A stretch of 58,133 nucleotides of DNA, taken from positions 1-58,133 of the forward strand of contig JAQUKH010000013.1 of the NCBI GenBank assembly GCA_028719205.1, in the 5' to 3' direction. The notes below the pieces were generated by a model. That model did not search any database and had not been told where the DNA came from. It saw only the letters and a program-made list of their open reading frames with translations. The stretch's first letter is position 1; each line of letters begins with the position of its first letter. A program made the position numbers and the translations under genes. Positions 28,201 to 36,829 of this stretch are shown in pieces. The DNA comes from a bacterium (GTDB lineage: Bacteria; JACRDZ01; JAQUKH01).

Positions 28201-28850
28201 TCAGGCATTATGAAGGATTAGTCAGGATCCGTGAAGAAAATAATACCGTTATTTTTCCCAGGCTTTTTATTGATGTGGCCGAACAATTCGGCCTTGTCGG
28301 TTCCATAGACAGGATCGTCGCGAGAAAGATCATGAAGACCCAGGTTTTAATGAAACAAAAACAACAGGATCTGTTTTTTAATATTAACCTTTCCGGAAAA
28401 GATCTGGGAGATAAAGACTTGCTTTCGTTCCTTAAATCCAGCATATCTGAGTTGAAAGCAAATCCTAATCATTTGATTTTTGAGATCACGGAAACTGTGG
28501 CAGTTCAAAACGTGACAAACGCTGTCTGGTTTATTAATGAGTTGACTTCTATGGGATGCCGTTTTGCCCTGGATGATTTCGGATCAGGATTCAGTTCGTT
28601 CTTTTATCTTAAGGATATGGCCATTGATTATATTAAAATAGACGGGTCATTTATAAAAAGATTGTATCGAAGCCCTAAAAACCAGTTATTTGTCAAGGCT
28701 ATTGTTGATGTCGCGCAGGGAATGGGGATCAAAACAGTCGCTGAATTTGTTGAGCAGGAAGAAACCCTTGAGCTGCTCAAAGGCCTGGGGGTTGATTACG
28801 CGCAGGGTTACCTGATAGGGAAACCGTTGCCTGAATTAATTTCTTCTTAG
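25257..28850 (+). CDS. Membrane sensor TM-helical bundle-HAMP-multi-PAS-GGDEF-EAL
   Basis: Likely start MNISYRH, matching the paralog. HAMP, several PAS/PAC, GGDEF domain with SGDEF, EAL domain with YQPIV, EGLVR, FEITE, ALDDFGSG, IKIDGSF, VAEFVE, QGY. Confidence 0.92.
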   Translation: MNISYRHVRALGFSILISLYVIGCLIAYTALKNNSDNLSAVLKTEELTGDKWNDLSKIISDCKDSVYNFSSGRSEVISPALLLINNASRQIEEIKNSTSDEEVKNIIKEIEFGMKLLRQAAIGYQSEIKMGHRSGTSTKELEEIMLTQADNLSQLCWAALEYIHNKMEIKNKEIIRSTNLMKLFLVLSIFLGIGTVIIFSLIMNRALAKPIYRLVEATKLVAKGNLAHEIEISSSDEIADLSLSFNQMIRDLRISLSLLVDKEYIDSIIANMGESLIVVNPDGMIRTVNDATLKLLEYSEEEIIGKPASMIFSEEEILNELDEEACLISSDFKIIEANNSFLKNTGFKKEDIIGQYCFKILHNSDNICQPPGHKCPILEAKDVYDLQVEMHTHYDFFGKKYLVNVVAAPIKEKDEIIYLHMTKHVLEEGLKGKLSQENEKKLKLFISKLKKSLNRLIDENIASADSIEKYSKLEKLNKHKNFDIYYKTKSGHNVPVSFSGSIMKNKEGDVLGIIGVARDMRPTKKLISDIEEAKEIIEESNKNFLNIVEGSLTGIIVLDKNGIARFINSTAKNIFGGKIEDLKDKYVGLPIINNKLTEVDIVRDKGKVGIGEISFVETKWEGKKAYLLFIRDITEYKKSQKEVKILSTAMEQSTTNIMFFSDTNGLIEYVNPMYEKFTGYLKNEMIGEYFEILLGEISDYGDKNLLDIINEDKKWQGVIKNKKKDGEVYWAYCTISPIKDSEGKINHFIGVQEDVTDKIMSEEKIQFLSSYDEMTGVNNRSSFMGNVNNILSSGKKQNSVFMLINIDYFRAINETYGHKIGDECLHKIAGILKNVLDNYSKNKSNPEGKEIFTIGRISGDEFAIFYPYINREETLNIAEEVRKNVENAAFANVLLHLTVSIGIVFYPDDGLTSKELLTKADVSMFRAKDKGKNCYHIYSPEDHDLEKIHSKIKLKETVESALKNNRLEVWYQPIVDLKNNKIRHYEGLVRIREENNTVIFPRLFIDVAEQFGLVGSIDRIVARKIMKTQVLMKQKQQDLFFNINLSGKDLGDKDLLSFLKSSISELKANPNHLIFEITETVAVQNVTNAVWFINELTSMGCRFALDDFGSGFSSFFYLKDMAIDYIKIDGSFIKRLYRSPKNQLFVKAIVDVAQGMGIKTVAEFVEQEETLELLKGLGVDYAQGYLIGKPLPELISS

Positions 28851-28895
28851 ACCAAAGGATTTGAGGATTAAAAATATTTTTTAAAAGGTGTATAA

Positions 28896-30749
28896 ATGGA
28901 TATTTCTTACCGCCAGATCCGTAAGATCGGTTTGCTGATCTTTATTTCACTATATATTATCGGCTGCCTTATCGCGTATATGGCTTTAAAAAAAAATTCA
29001 GATAATTTGTCAAATATACTGAATGTTGAAGAAATTAAACTGAAAAACTGGTATGACCTGTCAAAAGTAATAAGTGATATTAAAGACAGTATTAATAATT
29101 ACAGTTCCGGTAAAGTTGAAGTCATATCACCCGCGCTTTTACTTGTTAATAACGCCTTTTCACAAATAAAAACAATAAAAGAAAAAAATATTGAAGAAGA
29201 AGAAATAATTGGCGCTACAAAAGAAATAGAATACGGATTGAAAGTTTTAAGGCAGGCCGCGGCCGGTTACCAATATGAAGTAAAACTCGGGCACAAGAAC
29301 GGAACTTCAGCAAAAGAATTAAAAGATATGATGATAACAGAGGCGGATAATCTGTATCAGCATTCATGGGCGGCTGTTGAATACATACAAAACAGGATAG
29401 AAGAAAAGAATAAAGGGATCCTCAGGTCTACGAACCTTACGAGGCTGTTTTTAATTTTCTCGATATTTTTGGGTATTTTCATTGTAATTATTTTTTCGTT
29501 AATTATGAACTGGGCGCTTTCGAAACCTATTGACAGGCTGGTTGAGGCCATAAAATTTGTCGCGAAAGGGGATATGACTCATGAAATAGAGGTAAAATCA
29601 ACTGACGAGATCGGGGATTTAACTATAGCTTTTAATCAAATGATCAGGAATTTAAGAACTTCCCGGTCTATGCTTGTAAATAAAAAATATATTGAAAATA
29701 TTATAGAAAGTATTCCAGCAGCGTTGATAGCATGCGATAATGAGTTAAAAATAAAGACAATCAACAGGACCTGCTGTAATGTTTTTGGAGTAAATAAGCA
29801 TGAAATTATTGGTAAACACCTTGAGGATATTTTAGGGGTGGAAGTTATTAAAAATAAAAAACTCATAGAAAAAACGTTTGAAATTTTTAAGAAAGGCGGA
29901 GTTTCGGAAGAAATGGAAGTAAAATATGATTTCTCCGGAAAAGGAGAAAAAATATTGAATCTTAAAATAGTAGGAATAAAAGAGGAAAAAGAGGTCTTGC
30001 TTCTTTTAAATGACATTACGGAAAAAAAACAACTTGAAAAACAGCTTGTTATCACTGAAAAAATGGCAGGTATAGGCCAGCTTGCAGCGGGTATATCTCA
30101 TGAATTTAATAACCTTTTAGCGGTTATAAGAAGTTCCGCGGAGTTTGCCGGTAAAACCGGAAGGGAAGAGGATATAAATGATTCTTTCGCTAAAACATTG
30201 CAGTGTGTTGATAAAGGCAGTGAGATCGTTAAGAATCTGCTTTCCTTTTCAAGAAGGATCGCGGATAAAAAAGAAAAAGCGGACATAAATAATTTAATTG
30301 AGGAAGTTTTGTTTTTAATTAAGACGGACCTGGACAAGAGTAATATAAAAGTAATTAAAGAATTTGCCCAATTACCGTCGGTATCAATTAATATCGGCCA
30401 AATACAGCAGGTATTTTTAAATGTTATAATCAATGCCAAACAATCTATGTTAAAAACAGGAGATAGGCTGAAGATAACCACTAAAAACGTCGATGGGAAT
30501 GTGTTAATTATTTTTAATAATAACGGTGAGCTTATCAATGAAGAACATATTGGAAGGATTTTTGACCCATTCTTTACTACTAAAGGAAGCCTTGGGGGTG
30601 GCGATGTCGGCGGGACAGGGCTTGGCCTGTCGGTTTCTTATGGAATAATGCAGTCGCATGGAGGAATAATTAGTGTTGCAAGCAGCCAAAAAGAAGGTAC
30701 AACATTTACAATTAAATTACCTGTAACAAAAATGGGAAAAAACATATAA
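28896..30749 (+). CDS. Sensor histidine kinase TM-helical bundle-HAMP-PAS-HisKA-HATPase
   Basis: N-terminus paralogous to the upstream gene; GISHEFNNLL, QVFLNVIINA, DPFFTTK, GTGLGL. Confidence 0.93.
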   Translation: MDISYRQIRKIGLLIFISLYIIGCLIAYMALKKNSDNLSNILNVEEIKLKNWYDLSKVISDIKDSINNYSSGKVEVISPALLLVNNAFSQIKTIKEKNIEEEEIIGATKEIEYGLKVLRQAAAGYQYEVKLGHKNGTSAKELKDMMITEADNLYQHSWAAVEYIQNRIEEKNKGILRSTNLTRLFLIFSIFLGIFIVIIFSLIMNWALSKPIDRLVEAIKFVAKGDMTHEIEVKSTDEIGDLTIAFNQMIRNLRTSRSMLVNKKYIENIIESIPAALIACDNELKIKTINRTCCNVFGVNKHEIIGKHLEDILGVEVIKNKKLIEKTFEIFKKGGVSEEMEVKYDFSGKGEKILNLKIVGIKEEKEVLLLLNDITEKKQLEKQLVITEKMAGIGQLAAGISHEFNNLLAVIRSSAEFAGKTGREEDINDSFAKTLQCVDKGSEIVKNLLSFSRRIADKKEKADINNLIEEVLFLIKTDLDKSNIKVIKEFAQLPSVSINIGQIQQVFLNVIINAKQSMLKTGDRLKITTKNVDGNVLIIFNNNGELINEEHIGRIFDPFFTTKGSLGGGDVGGTGLGLSVSYGIMQSHGGIISVASSQKEGTTFTIKLPVTKMGKNI

Positions 30750-30760
30750 GGAGTAAAAAG

Positions 30761-31369
30761 ATGAGAAGGTTAATAGACAAATTAAAAATACTTGTAATTG
30801 ATGATGATAAAAATTTATGTGAGAATATTGAAAAAATTCTTAGTTTTGAGGGTTATTCAGTAAAAACTGCTTTTGACGGGCCGGGCGCCTTAAAAATAAT
30901 CCAATCTGAAAAAATTCACATCGTTATATTGGATTTAATAATGCCAAAGATGAGCGGGATAGATGTTTTTAAGAAAATAAGGAATATAGATCCGAATATA
31001 AAAATAATCATTTTAACGGGTTACCCGACAATAGAAACAGCAGTTACTACTTTAAGAGGTGAAGCAAGTGATTATATAACTAAACCTTTTAAAAATGAAA
31101 ATTTATTGAAAGTGGTAAAAGCAGCTGTTATAAAAACCGGATTGTTTGAGGATCCTTTAAACAGGCTGGATAAACAAATAGGTATGAATATAAAAAATTA
31201 CCGAATGAAAAAATCACTTATGTTAAAAGACCTTGCTGAACAGGCTGGACTGTCAACGAGTTTAATTTCACAGTTGGAAAACGGGAAAAATGCCGCTTCA
31301 ATTTTAACCCTTTACAAAATCGCGCAGGTTTTGGGATTAAAAATAACTGATTTAGTCGAAGGTCTTTAA
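30761..31369 (+). CDS. Response regulator REC + XRE-type HTH
   Basis: REC (VIDDD, ILDLIMP, LTG, TKP) followed by IGMNIKNYR...LKDLAEQAGLSTSLISQLENGK. Confidence 0.9.
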   Translation: MRRLIDKLKILVIDDDKNLCENIEKILSFEGYSVKTAFDGPGALKIIQSEKIHIVILDLIMPKMSGIDVFKKIRNIDPNIKIIILTGYPTIETAVTTLRGEASDYITKPFKNENLLKVVKAAVIKTGLFEDPLNRLDKQIGMNIKNYRMKKSLMLKDLAEQAGLSTSLISQLENGKNAASILTLYKIAQVLGLKITDLVEGL

Positions 31370-31399
31370 TTAAGAAAAAAAGTAAAGAATAATTTCCGC

Positions 31400-31428
31400 T
31401 TGACAAATTTAGTATAATAGAATATAAT
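31400..31428 (+). promoter_or_regulatory. Consensus sigma70 promoter
   Basis: TTGACA-N17-TATAAT upstream of the UrtA-like gene. Confidence 0.75.
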
Positions 31429-31478
31429 TTACTAATACTGAATTATGGGTTGTTAATAAAATCACTTTTCTAAAATTA

Positions 31479-32750
31479 ATGAATAATAAAAATAACGGTT
31501 TTTTTATTTTTATTTGCATGTTTTTTGCTGTTACAAATATTTTTGCCGCGAAAATGCAAGGTGCACAGTCTGTTTTAGAGAATACAAAACCTATTAAAAT
31601 CGGTATTCTTAGGCCGCATCCGAAAAATACGACAGTTACTGAGAAGTTTATTATTAACGCCACATTACTGGCAATTGAAGAAATTAACAAGCAGGGTGGT
31701 GTTTTAAAAAGGAAAATTGAACCTGTAATAATTAACTGTCCTTCCGATCAGAAAATAATAATCGAAGAAGTAGAGCAGAAGATCGATGAAAAAAAAGTAA
31801 GCGTGATATTTTGCTGTGGAAATTCCTTCATCAGTGAAACGGTAAGCCCTATCTGTGAAAAATATGATATTCCTATGTTTTTCCCTTGTAAATCCGGCAA
31901 ATTTAAAAAATTCCCTAATGTTATTTATACCGGTACTATGCCAAATCAGCAAATTAGCCCGGCAATAAAGTGGTCTTCTGATAATTTTGGTAAAAAATAT
32001 TTTCTCGTTGGTTCCGACACGAATTTTTCAAAAGTTTACAATTCAATTATTAAAGAAAATATAAATGTTTCAGGAGGAAAAATTATCGGAGAAATTTGTA
32101 TACCCGAAGACAGCGGAGATTTTGACGAGGCAATGAGAAAAATAATTGAGGTTAAACCGGATGTTATACTTAATACAATTTCAGGGGAGAGCAATGTCTA
32201 CTTTTTTATTAATCTATGGGTGAAAAAAATTAAATCTGACAAGGTTCCTGTTATATCATTCGATATCTCGGAAAATGATTTCAAAAATATGAGCCCTAAT
32301 GAGGCAGCTGGAAATTATATTATAAAAAGCTATTTCCAGAATATTGACTCTAAGGAAAACAATAAATTTTTTAGTGAATTAAAGGAAAAATGCGGTGAAA
32401 TCCAGATAATTGATGATTCAGTGGAGGCGGGTTATTTTGGAGTATACCTATGGAAACAAGCTGTTGAGGACGCGGAAACAGATAACGCTAAGGATTTCAT
32501 GCGATTTATGACTGCGCAGAACTTTAACGCTCCGGAAGGTATGGTTTGTGTGAGTATCGGGAATCAATATACGTGGAAAACAATAAAAATAGGGAAAATA
32601 GGAAAAAATAAACAATTTGAGATAGTTTGGTGTTCGGACGCGCCGGTAAATCCGGAGCCCGGCCTTTTACTTGTTGAAAAACCCAAATCGGGATCGAAAA
32701 ATACTCTTGAGGAATTACATAAGAATAGGGAAAAAAATGCAATGAGGTAA
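31479..32750 (+). CDS. UrtA/AmiC-like periplasmic binding protein (urea/amide/branched-chain family), no permease nearby
   Basis: PIKIGIL, LAIEEINKQGGVL, YTGTMPNQQI, FLVGSD, PDVILNTISGESN, EAGYFGVYLWKQAVE. Confidence 0.85.
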   Translation: MNNKNNGFFIFICMFFAVTNIFAAKMQGAQSVLENTKPIKIGILRPHPKNTTVTEKFIINATLLAIEEINKQGGVLKRKIEPVIINCPSDQKIIIEEVEQKIDEKKVSVIFCCGNSFISETVSPICEKYDIPMFFPCKSGKFKKFPNVIYTGTMPNQQISPAIKWSSDNFGKKYFLVGSDTNFSKVYNSIIKENINVSGGKIIGEICIPEDSGDFDEAMRKIIEVKPDVILNTISGESNVYFFINLWVKKIKSDKVPVISFDISENDFKNMSPNEAAGNYIIKSYFQNIDSKENNKFFSELKEKCGEIQIIDDSVEAGYFGVYLWKQAVEDAETDNAKDFMRFMTAQNFNAPEGMVCVSIGNQYTWKTIKIGKIGKNKQFEIVWCSDAPVNPEPGLLLVEKPKSGSKNTLEELHKNREKNAMR

Positions 32751-32820
32751 CAAAAAAAGGTATTCCATTTCGGAATTAATACTAAAATTTATCTAAAAAT
32801 TTTACTTGCGTTGTTAAACA

Positions 32821-33837
32821 ATGAGGAGGATAATGAAAATAATGAAAAGATCAACTTTAATATTATCATTCTTAATATTTCTTATAACTCAGAAAATATT
32901 TGCAGCTTCGCCGGTAATAGATTCGATCTATCCAATTTTCGGTTACACTGAGACTAATAATTCTATTACAATAATCGGGAGAAATTTTGCAATAAATTGC
33001 GTGGTATATATTATTTCAAAGGATAATTTTGATTCTCCTCCAGGAGCCTCCGGTATGGAGAGTGTTGTTTTTGTCAGTTCCAAAAAATTGGAAGTTAAAA
33101 CTAAAAATGATTTAGCCGAAGGGGATTATTATATAAAAATTGTAAATTCTTCAGAAGAATTTAATGTATATAAAAAAATATATAAAATAATTTCTAAAGG
33201 CTCAACGATGCCAAGTCAACCCCCTGTTCTGGAATTAACAGCGAATTCTGTTGCCGGGGATGCCCCCTTAAAAGTGGATTTTACTGTTACGGGAAGAGAC
33301 TATGATGGGAAGATATTGAATTATGATTGGGATTTTGAAGGAAAAGGGGATTGGAACAAAACAACTTACTCAGAGACCGAAAGCCATCAGGTGTCTTATA
33401 CTTATACTAATCCGGGCGGCTATACCGTAAAAGTTCGGGTTGTTGATAATAATGGTGAAAAAGCGGAAACCAAATTAAATATTACTGTTTTAAACAAGGG
33501 TTCTTCTGATAATTTGCAGCCGGCAGTTACAAATAAAAGAAGCGGTCCGGTAAATCAACTCCCGGTCCTGGAATTAATTGCCGAACCGAATTCAGGCAAG
33601 GCTCCTTTAAACGTTACACTAACTGTTACAGGTGAAGATCCCGATGGAACTATATTGAATTATGAATGGGATTTTGAAGGAAAAGGTGATTGGAATAAGA
33701 CGACTTATAGTAATTTAAGCAGCCACAAAGTTGATTATACATATAAAAATCCTGGAAATTATAACGCTAAAGTCAGAGCAGTTGATAATGATGGCGGAAA
33801 AGCTGAGGCCCAGGTAAATATCGGTGTGGAAAAATGA
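32821..33837 (+). CDS. Secreted protein with an IPT/TIG-like domain and two PKD domains
   Basis: Signal peptide, PVIDSIYP...ITIIGRNF, and two copies of G.APL.V..T....D.DG.ILNY.WDFEGKGDW...Y.NPG.Y..KV...DN.G. Confidence 0.85.
   Translation: MRRIMKIMKRSTLILSFLIFLITQKIFAASPVIDSIYPIFGYTETNNSITIIGRNFAINCVVYIISKDNFDSPPGASGMESVVFVSSKKLEVKTKNDLAEGDYYIKIVNSSEEFNVYKKIYKIISKGSTMPSQPPVLELTANSVAGDAPLKVDFTVTGRDYDGKILNYDWDFEGKGDWNKTTYSETESHQVSYTYTNPGGYTVKVRVVDNNGEKAETKLNITVLNKGSSDNLQPAVTNKRSGPVNQLPVLELIAEPNSGKAPLNVTLTVTGEDPDGTILNYEWDFEGKGDWNKTTYSNLSSHKVDYTYKNPGNYNAKVRAVDNDGGKAEAQVNIGVEK
33217..33828 (+). repeat. Intragenic tandem duplication of the PKD domain (33217-33489 and 33556-33828)
   Basis: Shared DNA such as ATATTGAATTATGA-TGGGATTTTGAAGGAAAAGG-GATTGGAA in both copies. 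Confidence 0.85.
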
Positions 33838-33935
33838 ACGCAACTTCCCTTATAATTTTTTAATTGCATCTCTCTCTCCTCCTAAAATTCAAATAATAAA
33901 AGTAAAAGTTATATGATATAATATAAATTTATTGA

Positions 33936-34265
33936 TTGAAAACGGAGGAGCCGGCCATAGAAATTATTAATGATATTTACAAGGTAATCCTTGAGCGGAA
34001 AAAGAGCAAAAGTAAAAATTCTTACACTGTTTCTCTTTTTAAAAAAGGAAAAATCGCGGTTCTTAAAAAGATAGCGGAAGAAACAGCGGAGGTGATTTTG
34101 GCCTCCCGCGATGAGAAGAAAGAAGAAATTATTCACGAAATGGCGGATCTCTGGTTTCATACATTGGTTCTGTTAGGGTATCACGCTATTGCGCCGGATG
34201 AGGTTTATGCGGAGCTTAAAAAAAGGTTCGGAAAATCAGGACTTAAAAAAGTAAAGGGCAAATAA
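33936..34265 (+). CDS. hisE: Phosphoribosyl-ATP diphosphatase
   Basis: NSYTVSLF..G...VLKKIAEETAEV...EMADLWFHTLV; TTG start, exact start uncertain. Confidence 0.93.
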   Translation: MKTEEPAIEIINDIYKVILERKKSKSKNSYTVSLFKKGKIAVLKKIAEETAEVILASRDEKKEEIIHEMADLWFHTLVLLGYHAIAPDEVYAELKKRFGKSGLKKVKGK

Positions 34266-35764
34266 TGTATTATCCATCATTTGAAGAATTTAGAGAAAAA
34301 ACGAAAGAAGGGAATCTGATTCCTGTTTATAAGGAGATCCTGGCGGATCTGGAGACACCGGTTTCCGCCTTTTTAAAGATCGACAAACCTTCCCGACCGG
34401 GAGGGACTAAATATTCATTTTTATTGGAAAGTGTTGAGGGAGGGGAAACGATCGGGCGTTTTTCCTTTTTAGGAAGCAATCCATCGGTGATCATCCGTTC
34501 AAAAGGCAGAAAGATCGAGATTATTCGTAACGGTGTGACAGAAACAAAAGAATTTATTGATCCGTTATTCGGATTAAAGGAAATTTTAAAGGTATATAAA
34601 CCGGTAAAAATTAAAGGACTGCCGCGTTTCCACGGCGGGCTGGTTGGATATCTCGGATATGAATTCATACATTTTTTTGAAAATATCCCGAGGCCGAAAA
34701 AAGACAGCCTGGAATTGCCGGAATCGCTTTTTCTTTTAACAGATACAATTTTAGTGTTTGACCATGTTTCACATACAATAAAAGTTGTTTCAAACGCCTT
34801 TGTCACGCCTGATAAACCTTTAGAGGAATGTTATAAAGAAGCAACCGCGAAAATAGATGAAAAGATATTGCAGTTAAACGCCAATCTTTCTTCGAAAATG
34901 TCGAAGAAAAAAGAAATTGTTTCTCACAAAAGCGGAGAGGTTTCATCCAATATTGAAAAAAGAAGATTTTTGGATATGGTTGATAAGGCAAAAGAATATA
35001 TTAAGGCAGGGGATATCTTTCAGGTGGTTTTATCCCAGCGGTTCCAGACAAAGATAGAACAGAGCCCTTTTGATATTTACCGGAGCTTAAGAGTTGTTAA
35101 CCCGTCGCCTTATATGTTTTATCTGAAAATGGATAAGTTCCATTTGATTGGTTCATCGCCTGAGGTTTTTGTGCGAAAGGAAGATAATAAAATTGAATTA
35201 AGGCCGATAGCGGGAACAAGGCCGAGAGGAAACTCGGCAGAAGAAGACGAAAAATTAGTTATAGACCTGAAAAATGATCCAAAGGAATTGGCTGAACATA
35301 CCATGCTTCTTGATCTTGGAAGAAATGACCTCGGCCGTGTTGCTAAATTTGAAACTATCAAGGTGCCTGAGATGATGGTTATTGAAAAATATTCTCATGT
35401 CATGCATATTGTTTCTGATGTTGCAGGAGAGATCATGCCCGACAAGGATCAGTTTGATCTTATCAGGGCGACGTTTCCGGCGGGCACGGTTTCAGGCGCG
35501 CCGAAGGTGCGGGCGATGGAGATCATCGCGGAATTGGAAAAAGAAGAAAGAGGCCCTTACGCGGGAATGGTCGGTTATTTCAGTTTTTCAGGAAATCTCG
35601 ATTCGTGCATAACGATACGGACAATTCTGGTTAAGGGAAAAACAGCTTACATCCAGGCGGGAGCAGGTATAGTCGCGGATTCTGATCCTGAAAAAGAATA
35701 TCATGAGAGTATAAATAAAGCGATGGGTATGATCAAGGCAATAGAAATGGCGGAAGGGGAATAA
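34265..35764 (+). CDS. trpE: Anthranilate synthase component I
   Basis: ADLETPV, FLLESVEGGE, GDIFQVVLSQ, NPSPYM, GSSPE, PIAGTRPRG, DLGRND, PAGTVSGAPKVRAM, QAGAGIVADS. Confidence 0.93.
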   Translation: MYYPSFEEFREKTKEGNLIPVYKEILADLETPVSAFLKIDKPSRPGGTKYSFLLESVEGGETIGRFSFLGSNPSVIIRSKGRKIEIIRNGVTETKEFIDPLFGLKEILKVYKPVKIKGLPRFHGGLVGYLGYEFIHFFENIPRPKKDSLELPESLFLLTDTILVFDHVSHTIKVVSNAFVTPDKPLEECYKEATAKIDEKILQLNANLSSKMSKKKEIVSHKSGEVSSNIEKRRFLDMVDKAKEYIKAGDIFQVVLSQRFQTKIEQSPFDIYRSLRVVNPSPYMFYLKMDKFHLIGSSPEVFVRKEDNKIELRPIAGTRPRGNSAEEDEKLVIDLKNDPKELAEHTMLLDLGRNDLGRVAKFETIKVPEMMVIEKYSHVMHIVSDVAGEIMPDKDQFDLIRATFPAGTVSGAPKVRAMEIIAELEKEERGPYAGMVGYFSFSGNLDSCITIRTILVKGKTAYIQAGAGIVADSDPEKEYHESINKAMGMIKAIEMAEGE

Positions 35765-35767
35765 CAT

Positions 35768-36346
35768 ATGTTATTAATGATAGATAATTACGATTCTTTT
35801 ACCTATAATTTAGTGCAGTATTTGGGAGAACTCGGCGAGGATATTCGTGTTTTCCGAAATGATAAAATAACTATTCCCGAGATCGAAAGCCTTAAGCCTG
35901 ACCGGATAGTTATATCCCCGGGGCCTTGTACTCCTAAAGAAGCAGGAATATCAAATGATGTTATTAAATCGTTTGCGGGAAAAATTCCTGTTCTGGGAGT
36001 ATGTTTGGGGCATCAATGTATTGCTTACTGTTTTGGCGGAGAGGTGATCCGCGCGCCTCGGCTGATGCACGGAAAAACTTCATTGATCCATCATGATGGT
36101 AAAAATATTTTTACAGGGCTTGAAAACCCTTTTACGGCAACGCGGTATCATTCTTTGATCGTTAAGAAGGAAACCTTACCGGACTACTTTGAAATTTCCG
36201 CGTGGACGCAAGAGGGTGAAATAATGGGGATCCGCCATAAAGAATTTCCTTACTTAGAAGGTGTTCAATTTCATCCTGAATCAATCTTAACCGTTGAAGG
36301 TAAAAAACTTTTAAAGAATTTTATAAAAATTAAAACAGATAAATAA
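35768..36346 (+). CDS. trpG: Anthranilate/aminodeoxychorismate synthase glutamine amidotransferase
   Basis: [35 protein letters not shown]. Confidence 0.93.
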   Translation: MLLMIDNYDSFTYNLVQYLGELGEDIRVFRNDKITIPEIESLKPDRIVISPGPCTPKEAGISNDVIKSFAGKIPVLGVCLGHQCIAYCFGGEVIRAPRLMHGKTSLIHHDGKNIFTGLENPFTATRYHSLIVKKETLPDYFEISAWTQEGEIMGIRHKEFPYLEGVQFHPESILTVEGKKLLKNFIKIKTDK

Positions 36347-36397
36347 CCAGGAAATAATAGAGCTGGTTGTTTAAAACCGGAGTTTTTTGGAATAAAA

Positions 36398-36811
36398 ATG
36401 AATTGTCCTTTTTGCAAAAATCCTATGGTTATTCTGGAACTTGCTGAGGTGGAGATAGACCACTGTTTTTCCTGCGGCGGTATATGGCTCGATTCGGGAG
36501 AACTGGAGCTGTTGCTGGAAGGTTCTGCCGAAAAAGAAGGCCTTTTAGCCTCGTTTACAATAGATAAAGATACAAAAGAAAAAAGCATAAAGTGCCCGAT
36601 ATGTTCTAAAAGAATGGAAAAGGTGTTTTGCGGGAAAGGGGTCAAAAGAACACGTCTGGATAAATGCGGTAATAATGACGGGATCTGGTTTGACAAGGGT
36701 GAATTGCAGGATGTTTTGGAAATAGGATGTTTTGATAAAAATAACAGGATTTTAGATCTGCTAAAAGATATGTTCGCGGGTAAAAATATTCACAAAGTGA
36801 TCACTTCGTGA
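36398..36811 (+). CDS. Double zf-TFIIB zinc-ribbon protein
   Basis: CPFC...IDHCFSCGGIWLDSGEL and CPIC...LDKC...GIWFDKGEL. Confidence 0.88.
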   Translation: MNCPFCKNPMVILELAEVEIDHCFSCGGIWLDSGELELLLEGSAEKEGLLASFTIDKDTKEKSIKCPICSKRMEKVFCGKGVKRTRLDKCGNNDGIWFDKGELQDVLEIGCFDKNNRILDLLKDMFAGKNIHKVITS

Positions 36812-36829
36812 AAAAAAGGAGGATTTGAA

